In this document: positions 9,000 to 18,701 of the stretch, one piece after another
Layout: each line of letters opens with the position of its first letter
How positions within the stretch are numbered: the first letter of the stretch is position 1
Assembly: GCA_018402635.1 (NCBI GenBank)
Contig: JAGYIP010000003.1
Location: forward strand, 12,849-76,848
Direction: 5' to 3'
DNA length: 64,000 nt
Source of the DNA: Burkholderiaceae bacterium
GTDB taxonomy: Bacteria; Pseudomonadota; Gammaproteobacteria; Burkholderiales; Burkholderiaceae_A
The notes under the pieces: generated by a model
Seen by the model: the letters and a program-made list of their open reading frames with translations, nothing else
Database searches by the model: none
Told to the model about the DNA's origin: nothing
Made by a program: the position numbers and the translations under genes

Positions 9000-9953
9000 C
9001 TACTTCATGCGCATGGAATAGTCCGTGGCCGTCACCGACTTGGTGAGCTGGCCAATGGAGATTCGATCAACGCCCGTGGCCGCAACCCTTTGCAGGTCTT
9101 CAAGGCCCAGCCCGCCCGAGGCCTCAAGAACCGCGGGCTCAACACCCATTTTTTCGGCCATGGCCTTTGCAAGTGCCACGGCCTGGGTCATGGCGTTAAG
9201 GTCGAAGTTATCAAGAAGAATCATGGTGGCGCCCGCCGTGACTGCGCGCTCAAGCTGCTCGAGCGTCTCGACTTCCACCTGGGCCCATGCACCGCTTAGC
9301 GGCTGCTGAGCAAGCCTGGCCAGAATGACCTCAAGGCCACCTGCTGCCTCAATATGATTTTCTTTCACCAAAATGGCATCCCACAAGGCAAGCCGATGGT
9401 TGGTTCCGCCCCCCATGCGCACCGCATACTTCTGGGCATGACGCAGCCCAGGCAAGGTCTTGCGGGTATCTAGAATTCTGCATCCCCTTGGATTGGGACT
9501 TAAACCCTCAATAGCCTTGACATAGCGGCGGGTCTGGCTTGCAACGCCCGAGAGCATCTGCAGAAAATTAAGGGCCGAGCGCTCGGCGGTCACCAATGCG
9601 GTCATTGAGCCTGAGATACGGCAGACCACTTCATTGGCCGCCACCTCCTCGCCCTCGCTGACATTCCACTGAACATCAACCGCCTCATCAAGTCTTGCAA
9701 AACAGGCATCGAACCAAGGTCTGCCGCAGACGACCGCCTGTTCACGAAGTAAGACCAGAGCCTCTGCCTTGGTTGATGCTATGCGTGAGCCGCGAAGAAG
9801 ATCGGCCGTGAGATCGCCCGTGCCAATGTCTTCGCGAAGCGCATCAAGCACATTGCGTGCAATGGCCTCGTCCAGACTCTCGTTTGTGGGAAAGCTAAGC
9901 GGCACCAATGTGAGGGATAAGGCCGGCTGCCGAGGCAGTGGTTGAAGCGCCAC
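9000..9953 (-). CDS. nadC: Quinolinate phosphoribosyltransferase
   Basis: [40 protein letters not shown] and EASGG motifs. Exact start uncertain (overlaps the nadA end). Confidence 0.95.
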   Translation of the reverse strand: MALQPLPRQPALSLTLVPLSFPTNESLDEAIARNVLDALREDIGTGDLTADLLRGSRIASTKAEALVLLREQAVVCGRPWFDACFARLDEAVDVQWNVSEGEEVAANEVVCRISGSMTALVTAERSALNFLQMLSGVASQTRRYVKAIEGLSPNPRGCRILDTRKTLPGLRHAQKYAVRMGGGTNHRLALWDAILVKENHIEAAGGLEVILARLAQQPLSGAWAQVEVETLEQLERAVTAGATMILLDNFDLNAMTQAVALAKAMAEKMGVEPAVLEASGGLGLEDLQRVAATGVDRISIGQLTKSVTATDYSMRMK

Positions 9954-11076
9954 CCGACTCTGAGGCCGTAAAGGCCAGCATGCGATGGATGCAGTTCACG
10001 GCCTTTTCTGCCGTTTCAGCGGAAACGTTAATTTCATGAGCCGCACCTGAATTCGCAAGGGCATTACGAAGCGCCTTTAGGCCATTCATGGCCATCCAAG
10101 GACAATGGGCGCAGCTTTTGCAGGTGGCGCTGGTTCCTGCGGTGGGTGCCTCGATAAGCGTCTTTTCAGGGGCAAGCTGCCGCATGCGATGCAAGATGCC
10201 TTGATCGGTTGCAACAATAAAGCTCTTGGCATCGTTTTCAACAACGGCATTAATCATGGCTGTGGTTGAGCCAACACGATCGGCAAGGGCAATGACGCTG
10301 GCAGGGGCCTCGGGGTGCACAAGCACGATGGATTCGGGGTGACGCGCTTTCAGGCTGGCAAGCTCAACTGCCTTAAACTCGTCATGCACAATGCAATGAC
10401 CCTCCCACAAAAGCATATCGGCCCCGGTCTGCTCGGCAACATAGCGGCCCAGATGACGATCGGGCGCAAAAAGAATTTTTTCACCTTGCGCATGCAGGTG
10501 CTTCACAATCGAGACCGCGCAAGAGCTCGTCACCATCCAGTCGGCACGAGCCTTCACTGCAGCACTGGTGTTGGCATAGACGACCACGGTGCGATCGGGA
10601 TGGGCATCGCAGAATTGCGAGAAGGCGTCGGCCGGGCATCCGAGATCGAGCGAGCAGTTCGCCTGCAGGTCGGGCATAAGAACGGTTTTTTCAGGCGAGA
10701 GAATTTTGGCGGTCTCGCCCATGAAACGCACGCCTGCCACAACCAGGGTCTGCGCCGTGTGGTCACGACCAAAACGAGCCATCTCAAGGGAGTCGGCCAC
10801 CAGGCCACCCGTCTCGGTGGCAAGGTCTTGAATAACCCCATCAACGTAATAGTGAGCCACCAAGACCGCGTTGCGTTCGCGCAGAAGTCTGCGAATGTCG
10901 TGAAGAAGACTTTCTTTTTCGTCCGCGCCAATAGGTTCGGGCAGGCTTGCCCAGGCCTGCCGAAGACAGACCGACCCCGAGGAATCCTGAAGAGGAAACT
11001 CGAAAGCCGTTGTTGGCTTCGCAGACATGCCCGAGGCAGGGCCTGCTGCAGGGGTAAGAAGCGAATCTGTCATCAT
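9895..11076 (-). CDS. nadA: Quinolinate synthase
   Basis: [39 protein letters not shown] and [10 protein letters not shown] motifs. Confidence 0.96.
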   Translation of the reverse strand: MMTDSLLTPAAGPASGMSAKPTTAFEFPLQDSSGSVCLRQAWASLPEPIGADEKESLLHDIRRLLRERNAVLVAHYYVDGVIQDLATETGGLVADSLEMARFGRDHTAQTLVVAGVRFMGETAKILSPEKTVLMPDLQANCSLDLGCPADAFSQFCDAHPDRTVVVYANTSAAVKARADWMVTSSCAVSIVKHLHAQGEKILFAPDRHLGRYVAEQTGADMLLWEGHCIVHDEFKAVELASLKARHPESIVLVHPEAPASVIALADRVGSTTAMINAVVENDAKSFIVATDQGILHRMRQLAPEKTLIEAPTAGTSATCKSCAHCPWMAMNGLKALRNALANSGAAHEINVSAETAEKAVNCIHRMLAFTASESGGASTTASAAGLIPHIGAA

Positions 11077-11118
11077 AGACCCAAGAGTGTAGCCCTTCTA
11101 CAAGAGGAGTTCGACAAG

Positions 11119-12118
11119 ATGTTTCGCGCCATTGTTTTAACCAAATCCGACGATGAGAAAATCCCACAGGCCAGGCTTCAGACCCTTGAAGACTCGGCCC
11201 TTGCCCGTTACCGAGGGGCCCGATGTACTTGTGAAGGTGGATTACTCCACGCTGAACTACAAAGATGGCCTTGCCATTACGGGCCGCTCGCCAGTGGTTC
11301 GTAAGTACCCGATGGTGCCCGGCATCGACTTTGCGGGCAAGGTCTTGGAATCGGCAGACCCCCTTTTCAAGCCTGGCGATGAGGTTATTCTGAACGGCTG
11401 GGGGGTGGGCGAGAGCCACTGGGGAGGGCTTGCCGAAAAGGCGCGCGTAAAGGCCGATTGGCTTATTCACAAACCGCAGGGCATAACATCGCGCCAGGCC
11501 ATGGCCATTGGCACGGCCGGTTACACCGCCATGCTCTGCATCCAAGCCCTGGAACGCCACGGCCTAAGCCCGAACCAGGGCGAGGTCTTGGTAACAGGCG
11601 CAGCAGGTGGCGTGGGCAGTGTGGCTGTTGCCATTCTTGCGAACAAAGGTTTTAAGGTGGTGGCATCAACCGGACGGTTATCGGAAGAGGGCTATTTGAA
11701 GAGCCTTGGGGCCCAGTCGGTCATTGACCGGGCCGAGCTTAGTGCGCCTGGTAAGCCGCTTCAAAAAGAGCGGTGGGCAGCGGTTGTTGACTCGGTTGGA
11801 AGCCACACTCTTGCCAATGCCTGCGCTGCCACCCAGTCCTGGGGTGCGGTTGCTGCCTGCGGGCTTGCCCAGGGCATGGACTTCCCCTCCTCCGTTGCGC
11901 CCTTCATTCTTCGGGGCATAAGCCTTTATGGCATTAACAGTGTCTCAGTGCCACGCGCTAAGCGCGACTTAGCCTGGAGCGAACTGGCGCGAGACCTTCC
12001 TATGGACAAGCTTGAGGCCATGACCCACGACATTCACCTCGAAGAGGCCATTGCCATGGCAGGTCGTATTCTTGATGGCCAGGTGCGTGGCCGACTGGCT
12101 GTGAAGGTTGATGCCTGA
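11119..12118 (+). CDS. acuI: MDR-family oxidoreductase, acrylyl-CoA reductase AcuI/YhdH type (frameshift near 11200)
   Basis: GAGGAG RBS and ATG at 11119 (MFRAIVLTK). A second frame carries [38 protein letters not shown] and APFILRG. Confidence 0.85.
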
Positions 12119-12809
12119 AAACGACGGTCTCGTTCGGGTTTCCAAGCTTTTAGCCGAACGAGGAATCTGTTCGCGGCGCGAGGCCGACCGCTACATTGAG
12201 CAGGGCCTTGTGCTCGTTGATGAAAAACCCGTTACCGAGCTTGGAGCCAAGGCGCATCCAAGCCAGACGGTTGGCCTTGCTGCCAAGGCCCGCGCCCAGC
12301 AATCCTCGCGTCAGACGCTTCTGCTTAACAAGCCCATAGGCTATGTCTCGCACGCCGATGACGACCACCGCTACCCGGCGGCAGCCGAGCTTATTCGCCC
12401 AAGCGTTCGCGGGCTTGCACCTGCGGGCCGCCTGGACATCGATTCCACGGGCCTTTTGGTTCTAACTCAGGATGGCGTCATTGCCCGTCAACTCATTGGT
12501 CAGGACAGGCTCATTGAGAAGGAGTACCTTGTTCGGGTGGAGGGTGAGCTAACCGCGCAAGGGTTAAGCCTTTTGAGCCACGGCCTGGTGCTTGACGAGA
12601 AGCCTTTAAGACCGGCCAAGGTGCGTTGGATGAACAAAGAGCAGCTGCAGTTTGTTTTAACCGAAGGTCGCAAGCGACAGATTCGTCGCATGTGCGAGAT
12701 GGTTGGGCTTAAGGTGACCGGCCTTAAACGGGTGCGCATTGGCCGGGTGATGCTGGGCGATCTTCCCGAGGGCCAGTGGCGAGCCTTACTGCCCCACGAA
12801 AAGTTCTAG
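12108..12809 (+). CDS. rRNA pseudouridine synthase, RsuA/RluB/E/F family
   Basis: S4 domain (CSRREAD), LNKPIGYVS, catalytic [12 protein letters not shown] and [12 protein letters not shown]. Confidence 0.93.
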   Translation: MMPENDGLVRVSKLLAERGICSRREADRYIEQGLVLVDEKPVTELGAKAHPSQTVGLAAKARAQQSSRQTLLLNKPIGYVSHADDDHRYPAAAELIRPSVRGLAPAGRLDIDSTGLLVLTQDGVIARQLIGQDRLIEKEYLVRVEGELTAQGLSLLSHGLVLDEKPLRPAKVRWMNKEQLQFVLTEGRKRQIRRMCEMVGLKVTGLKRVRIGRVMLGDLPEGQWRALLPHEKF

Positions 12810-12840
12810 CAGGGCCCCTTACTTTTAAAACCCGAAGTGG

Positions 12841-13272
12841 CTATTTGGCAAAGAGCCGATCGGGCTGAGCCATGGCCTTAAACTCAATGGCGTTGCCCGA
12901 GGGGTCAAGAAAGAACATGGTGGCCTGCTCACCAACCTCGCCCTTAAAACGAATGTAGGGCTCAATAATGAACTTCACTTTGGCCTGGGTAAGCCGGTCG
13001 GCAAGGCTCTGCCACTCGGGCATGGAGAGCACCACCCCAAAATGGCGCACAGGAACATCGTGACTGTCGACGGAATTCTGTGCCCCATGCCCAGCCTGCC
13101 CTTGTGCAAGGTGCGCCACAATCTGGTGCCCATAGAAATTAAAATCGATCCACTCATCGGAGCTTCGGCCCTCGGAGCAGCCAAGAAGCCCCCCGTAAAA
13201 CTCGCGTGCCTGCTGAAGGTCATCAACAGGAAATGCCATATGAAAAGGATGCAGGGCAGCGGCGGTTTGCAT
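12841..13272 (-). CDS. VOC (glyoxalase/dioxygenase) family protein
   Basis: [21 protein letters not shown] and [13 protein letters not shown] motifs. Start placed at ATG 13272. Confidence 0.88.
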   Translation of the reverse strand: MQTAAALHPFHMAFPVDDLQQAREFYGGLLGCSEGRSSDEWIDFNFYGHQIVAHLAQGQAGHGAQNSVDSHDVPVRHFGVVLSMPEWQSLADRLTQAKVKFIIEPYIRFKGEVGEQATMFFLDPSGNAIEFKAMAQPDRLFAK

Positions 13273-13359
13273 GACTAAGGGTCCCTCTAAAAATAGGAAG
13301 ACAAGCGCAGATTTAAACAGCAATGAAAAGATTAAGGCGAAGTGTAAGCCAGTTCAAAT

Positions 13360-13400
13360 TCTGCCTGACTGAGGGTTTATCTGCCTGACTGAAGGATAAT
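13360..13400 (+). promoter_or_regulatory. Direct repeat TCTGCCTGACTGA-x-GG x2 (20-nt period) abutting a GATAAT -10-like box upstream of ppc
   Basis: Copies at 13360-13375 and 13380-13395; GATAAT at 13395-13400; ATG at 13407. Confidence 0.55.
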
Positions 13401-13406
13401 GCGGTC

Positions 13407-16139
13407 ATGGTCAATTCATTTCACTTAACCATTCGCGAGGACATTCGTTTTCTTGGAAAGCTGCTTGGTGACACCCTTAAGGAACAAGAGGGGCTTGCCA
13501 CCTATCAGCTTATTGAAAAAATTCGCCAGCTCAGCGTGGCCTACCGCCACCGAGACGACAGGCGGGCGGGGCTTGAACTCGATCGACGGCTGGCCCAGTT
13601 GTCCCCCGAGCAGACGGTCTCGGTGATTCGTGCCTTTAGTTATTTCTCGCACTTAGCCAACCTTGCCGAGGACCAGGCAAGGCTTGCCCAAGAAGACGAT
13701 GAAACGCAGGGTCAGATTGCGCAGACCTTCCTTGCCCTACGAGAAGAAGGCCTGCGCGGGACGAGACTTCGAGAGGCTCTTGCAGGCTGTTGTGTCTGGC
13801 CTGTGCTTACTGCACACCCCACCGAGGTGCAGCGAAAAAGTGTGGTGGATACCGAGCGCCGCATTGCCAAGTTGCTTGGCGAGCGGCATGTGCTTAAGAA
13901 GTCCCAGGCCTCTGCAAGTCAGCAGGGCTTGAATGAACAGGCGCTGCGCGCAGAGCTTGTTCTGCTTTGGCAGACACGCATGCTGCGCACCGAGAAACTT
14001 TTGGTAAACGATGAGATTGAAAATGCGCTCTCGTTTTACAAGACCACCTTCTTGCATGAACTTCCAAGACTTCACAAAAGGGTCGAGCAGCTAAGCGGTC
14101 TTGAAAACCTGCCGCCCCTTGTGCAAATGGGCAACTGGATTGGTGGCGACCGAGACGGCAACCCGAATGTCACGGCCGAAACGCTTATTCGAACCGTGAC
14201 GCGCCATGCCGAGACCGTTCTGCGTCACTACCTCCATGAAGTTCAACAGCTTAAGGCCGAACTTTCGGTCTCTGAGCTTTTGCGCGGAACAACCAAGGCA
14301 CTTCGCAGCCTTGCGGCAGCCGCCCATGACCCAAGTCAGCACCGTATCGACGAGCCCTATCGGCGCGCCCTCATTGGTATTTATGCCCGACTTGCTGCAA
14401 CCCTGCAACGCCTCACAGGCGTTCAGGCCCTTGGCCATGCCGTAAGGCCAGCAGAGCCCTACCTTGATAGCGAGACCTTTGTTAAGGATCTTGAAGTCAT
14501 TCGGCAAGCCCTTATGGCCCACCGAGGAGAGCGGCTATGTCGTGCTCGGCTTGAACCCCTTCTTCATGCTGCTCAAACCTTTGGCTTTCACCTGGCAAGT
14601 CACGACCTGCGGCAGAACTCCGATACCCATGAGGCTTGTATGCACGAGCTGTTGGTGCATGCCAAGATCCAGCCCAACTACCGTGGCCTTAGCGAGCTGC
14701 ATCGCCAGAAACTGTTGCTTGAGCTTCTTCAAGAGCCCCGGCCCCTTCGTATTCCGAGGGTTCGCTATTCGGAACAACTGGAGTCGGAGCTACGAATATT
14801 TGAGAAGGCCTTTGAAGCCCGTCAGGTCTTTGGGCCCAAGGTTATTCGGCATTGCATTGTTAGCCACACCGAGCAGGTCAGCGACCTTCTTGAGGTAATG
14901 GTCTTGCAAAAAGAGGTGGGCCTTATGAATGGCAGCCTTAAAAAGGCAAGGCTTGGTCTTATCCCGGTGCCCCTTTTCGAGACCATGGATGACCTTGATC
15001 GCTCCGAGCAGATCATGCGCGATCTCTACGCACTGCCCGGCATCGAAGCGCTGATTCAACGATCGGGCGGCGAGCAGGAGGTTATGTTGGGCTACTCCGA
15101 CAGCAACAAAGACGGGGGCGTGTTTGCCAGCAGTTGGTACCTTTATAAGGCCTCTGACCGACTGGCCCGGTTTTTTGCAGGCCTTCCCGGTATACGACTG
15201 CGCCTTTTTCATGGCCGGGGTGGCACCGTGGGCCGAGGCGGCGGGCCAAGCTATCAGGCCATTCGAGCCCAGCCCCCAGGCACCGTGGGTGGCCAGCTAA
15301 GGCTTACCGAACAAGGCGAGATGATTACAAGCAAGTACGCAGAACCCGAGCTTGGGCGACGCAACCTTGAAACCCTTCTTGCTGCAACCCTAGAGACCAG
15401 TCTGCTGCGTGGCCAGAAGCAGCCCCCGGCGCATTTCACTCAGGCAGCCCAGGCAATTGCCCAGGCAAGCCAGGACGCCTACCAGGGGCTTGTCTACCGA
15501 ACGCCCTCCTTCGTTGACTACTTCTTTGAGGCCACACCCATTAGCGAAATTGCAGAACTTAACATTGGGTCTAGACCCGCCTCACGACCGGGTGCGGGGC
15601 CCGCCGGACGTTCCATAGAAAAACTGCGTGCCATTCCATGGGGCTTCTCATGGGGTCAGAGCCGGGTCAACCTTCCGGGCTGGTACGGCTTTGGCACTGG
15701 CATTGAGGCCTTTCTTAACCAAAACCCGCGAGCAAACCGAGCGATTCTGCACGACATGCTTACCCACTGGCCCTTTTTCGAGACCATCGTCTCCAATGTT
15801 GACATGGTCATGGCAAAGGCTGATCGGCGCATTGCTCAGCGTTATGCAAGCCTTGTTCGAAATCGCACGGTGGCCCAGCAGGTCTGGAGTTTATTAAGTG
15901 ACGAATGGGATCGAACCGAACAGGCCTTGCGTCTTATTACGGGAAAAAAAGAACGGCTTGCCCACAACCCAACCCTTGCCGCCTCTATTCAACACCGGTT
16001 TGCCTACCTCGACCCCCTAAACCATCTTCAGGTTGAACTCTTACGCCGCTGGCGAAAAGGCCAACGCGATGTCCGCAGTCAACGCGGCATTCATTTGTCG
16101 ATTAACGGGGTTGCTGCAGGCCTTCGTAATACGGGCTAA
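13407..16139 (+). CDS. ppc: Phosphoenolpyruvate carboxylase
   Basis: VLTAHPTE, WIGGDRDGNP, MLGYSDSNKDGG, FHGRGGTVGRGGGP, LRAIPW and C-terminal GLRNTG. Confidence 0.98.
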   Translation: MVNSFHLTIREDIRFLGKLLGDTLKEQEGLATYQLIEKIRQLSVAYRHRDDRRAGLELDRRLAQLSPEQTVSVIRAFSYFSHLANLAEDQARLAQEDDETQGQIAQTFLALREEGLRGTRLREALAGCCVWPVLTAHPTEVQRKSVVDTERRIAKLLGERHVLKKSQASASQQGLNEQALRAELVLLWQTRMLRTEKLLVNDEIENALSFYKTTFLHELPRLHKRVEQLSGLENLPPLVQMGNWIGGDRDGNPNVTAETLIRTVTRHAETVLRHYLHEVQQLKAELSVSELLRGTTKALRSLAAAAHDPSQHRIDEPYRRALIGIYARLAATLQRLTGVQALGHAVRPAEPYLDSETFVKDLEVIRQALMAHRGERLCRARLEPLLHAAQTFGFHLASHDLRQNSDTHEACMHELLVHAKIQPNYRGLSELHRQKLLLELLQEPRPLRIPRVRYSEQLESELRIFEKAFEARQVFGPKVIRHCIVSHTEQVSDLLEVMVLQKEVGLMNGSLKKARLGLIPVPLFETMDDLDRSEQIMRDLYALPGIEALIQRSGGEQEVMLGYSDSNKDGGVFASSWYLYKASDRLARFFAGLPGIRLRLFHGRGGTVGRGGGPSYQAIRAQPPGTVGGQLRLTEQGEMITSKYAEPELGRRNLETLLAATLETSLLRGQKQPPAHFTQAAQAIAQASQDAYQGLVYRTPSFVDYFFEATPISEIAELNIGSRPASRPGAGPAGRSIEKLRAIPWGFSWGQSRVNLPGWYGFGTGIEAFLNQNPRANRAILHDMLTHWPFFETIVSNVDMVMAKADRRIAQRYASLVRNRTVAQQVWSLLSDEWDRTEQALRLITGKKERLAHNPTLAASIQHRFAYLDPLNHLQVELLRRWRKGQRDVRSQRGIHLSINGVAAGLRNTG

Positions 16140-16174
16140 AACCCGGCCAACTCCTTAATAACTTCGTAAGTCAG

Positions 16175-17425
16175 TTAGCCTGGTGCCGGCTGCGCGGTGA
16201 AAAGTCGCCTCTGCACAAAGGGGTAGACAAGGCAGCCAATGCCAATTGCCAGATAGGCTAAGGCCCAGGCCGGTGGCTGTGTTTCACCGCCTGCAAGATC
16301 AAGCACCGCCCCGAACACAGCAGGCCCTACAGCGCCTGCGCCAAAGCCAATTAAGGAATAGAGCCCCATGGCTGCGCCCTTCACCTCTTCGGCAGCCGCC
16401 TGCACGAAGCCAGCCGTTAAGGTGGCCGAGTCGGCCATAATCATCATCGAATAAAGACCAAGGCAAACGACAGTCATCCACCAGGCAAAACCAAGACCTG
16501 CCGACAAAGAAAGCACCACAGAAAACAGCGTGGTTGCCACCATGACGCTGCGTATCCAGGGCTGACGTCCAAGCCGCAAGGCGATTTCGTTTCCAACAAT
16601 GGATGAAGGAACGGAAAGAAGATTAACGAAGGCTGCAATTGCTGCGGCGGTAAACGGCCAATGGCCCGAGCCGGGCTGAGCCATGGCAAAGACAATAAAC
16701 GCCACCGTCCAGGCGCGTGAGCCAAAAAGCTCCATGCAGTGAACCCCGTAGCCAAAGGCATAACCCACCACCGCCCGACTCTGGCAGGCACGCCGCCAAG
16801 CCGAGACAGGAAAGAGCATCTGCCAATGCAGGCGCGAGGAGGAGGCTTCTGTGTTCGATTTGGGGAGCGTTTGCAGCCAGCTGGAATCGGGCGCAGCAAG
16901 ACGCATAAGCAGGAGCGCGAGTAAGGGCCCGAGTGCAGGCAACCCCATGGCCCATTGCCAGCCCAGCGCCTCAAGGGCTAGACCGGACAAGAGTAAAGAC
17001 AGCGCGGCTCCAACGCCAAAAAATGCGGTGTAAAAAGCAACGCCTCGGCTTTGCTCTTTCCCAGTAAAAAGAAGTGTAAGAATGCGCAGGCCAGGCATGT
17101 AAGTTGCAGCAACCCCAGCACCAAGCAGCATCTGCCAGGCAAGTGCTGAGCCAAAGCCTTGCGCCGATAAGCCAAAGCCAAGGCTTGCCAGGGCCGATGC
17201 AAGGCAGCCCATGGCATAGACCTGCCTTGCATCCCGGCGATCGGTCATGGCTGTCCACATAGGAACCGCCAACATGTAGCCAATAAAAAAGCCACTGGCA
17301 ATGGCGCCGGCCTCGGTATTAGAGAGCGCCCAGAGTTCTTTAAGGCTTACAAGACTCACCGCGTAACTCGAAAAGCCAAGCATGGAAAAGACGTGGGCCG
17401 AAAGCACCAGAACAAGCGGTTTCAT
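16175..17425 (-). CDS. MFS transporter
   Basis: About 12 TM helices; motif-A-like TAMTDRRDAR. Last gene of the minus-strand operon. Confidence 0.88.
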   Translation of the reverse strand: MKPLVLVLSAHVFSMLGFSSYAVSLVSLKELWALSNTEAGAIASGFFIGYMLAVPMWTAMTDRRDARQVYAMGCLASALASLGFGLSAQGFGSALAWQMLLGAGVAATYMPGLRILTLLFTGKEQSRGVAFYTAFFGVGAALSLLLSGLALEALGWQWAMGLPALGPLLALLLMRLAAPDSSWLQTLPKSNTEASSSRLHWQMLFPVSAWRRACQSRAVVGYAFGYGVHCMELFGSRAWTVAFIVFAMAQPGSGHWPFTAAAIAAFVNLLSVPSSIVGNEIALRLGRQPWIRSVMVATTLFSVVLSLSAGLGFAWWMTVVCLGLYSMMIMADSATLTAGFVQAAAEEVKGAAMGLYSLIGFGAGAVGPAVFGAVLDLAGGETQPPAWALAYLAIGIGCLVYPFVQRRLFTAQPAPG

Positions 17426-17430
17426 CTTGG

Positions 17431-17485
17431 TTGTCTCTTCGCTGTCTCTTCGTTCTATCTTCGTTGTCTCTTCGTTCTATCTTCG
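17431..17485. repeat. Tandem 11-mer x5 (TTGTCTCTTCG / TTCTATCTTCG variants) filling the intergenic gap
   Basis: Read directly: ttgtctcttcg ctgtctcttcg ttctatcttcg ttgtctcttcg ttctatcttcg. Confidence 0.92.
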
Positions 17486-18701
17486 CTAACGCCCTAGCCT
17501 TCGCAAGGCATCGGGCTGAAAATCATTCCAGCGTGCGGGTCTTTGAGTTTCAAAAACAGGGCCCGACTCGGGGTCAAGCCCCGTGACAACATAGCCTCCC
17601 GAAAGCAGGTCATGGTAGACCGAAACACGTGTCTGCACGCAGCCTAAGGCTTCATGAAAGGCCAGGCCATGCAAGGCCACACGCCAAAGGCCTCCTCGGG
17701 CATCAAAGGCCTCTTCCATCACAATGGTCTTTGTTGCTGCATCAATAAGAAATAGTCGTCGCGCATAAATGTGCTGCTGACCCGGTCGCAGCCTGGCCTC
17801 AATCTGGTGCACGGTATGTCGCTCAAGACGAAAGGCCGAGCTCTTTAAGCTACCACGCCCAAGCAGCTCGTTTGCCGAGAGACTGGCCTGCGAACCTTCA
17901 AGCATGTTGTAGGCAATAAGCCGCTCGGTCTCACCAAGGTCGATCCAGTCGTAACGGTCTGTCGCCCCGTTAAAGCCATCCACCTGATCGGCGGTCATCA
18001 TGCCCTCCGATCCATCGCTTACTGCGTCATAGGCCAGATCGGGCGCGCGTCGTACCCTTCGACTTCCAGACTGATAAATCCATGCCTGACGCCGTGCTGT
18101 ATCCAGGGTTTCGGCCTGCGGCTGGTATTCATGCACCAGCAGCGCGTCGCCTCGCAGGCTTGATGGGGCAAGGTAGCCTCCCTTCACCGCAAACCAGAGC
18201 GCCGGAGGTGCATTGGACAGTGCCGAAGCCCCCACGCGATGCGACCAATAACGAATCTCGTAAAACCCTCCATCGGCACGCACCGGGTAGGCACGCCCCT
18301 GGCGATACAGGTTGACTGGGCGTGGCCGAAAAAGATGGCCCTGCATCTTGGCAAGCGCCGGGTTGGTCTGCGACCGAATGAGGGCATTCGACCCCGCAAA
18401 GGAGGCGAGCATGGCCTGAGCTGAAGCCGGTGGAAGAGCCTTTGACGGTTCGATAGGAAAACGAAGGCTTGGATACTGCTTTAGCAAGGCAGCAAGTCCC
18501 TGAGGAACCAATGCCCCAAGGTCTTGAAAGTTCGACGCACTGAGTTCTTTAGGCAGGCTCGTTTAAAGAGCCATAAGGCGTGGTGGAGTTGCCTGAAGAT
18601 GCCTGGGCAGGTAGGCCAAGGCTTGAGGCGCAAAGGCCGGCCGCCGCGCACTGCACCGAACTTTTTAGGAAATGCCGTCGCTCAAGGGCTTTAGGCCGCA
18701 T
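17486..18701 (-). CDS. DUF1329 family protein, divergent paralog with Tat signal (frameshift near 18550-18560)
   Basis: AWIYQSGSRRVRRAPDLAYD, DGFNGATDRYDW, HIYARR and FDARGGLWR motifs. The N-terminus MRPKALERRHFLK...AQA lies in an adjacent frame. Confidence 0.82.

Noticed and set aside
10315-11304. 329 aa plus-strand ORF
   Set aside because: Antisense shadow of nadA; only its last ~60 codons include the real acuI N-terminus.
17431-17485. Tandem repeats as a CRISPR array
   Set aside because: Units are 11 bp with no unique spacers, and no cas genes are in the window.
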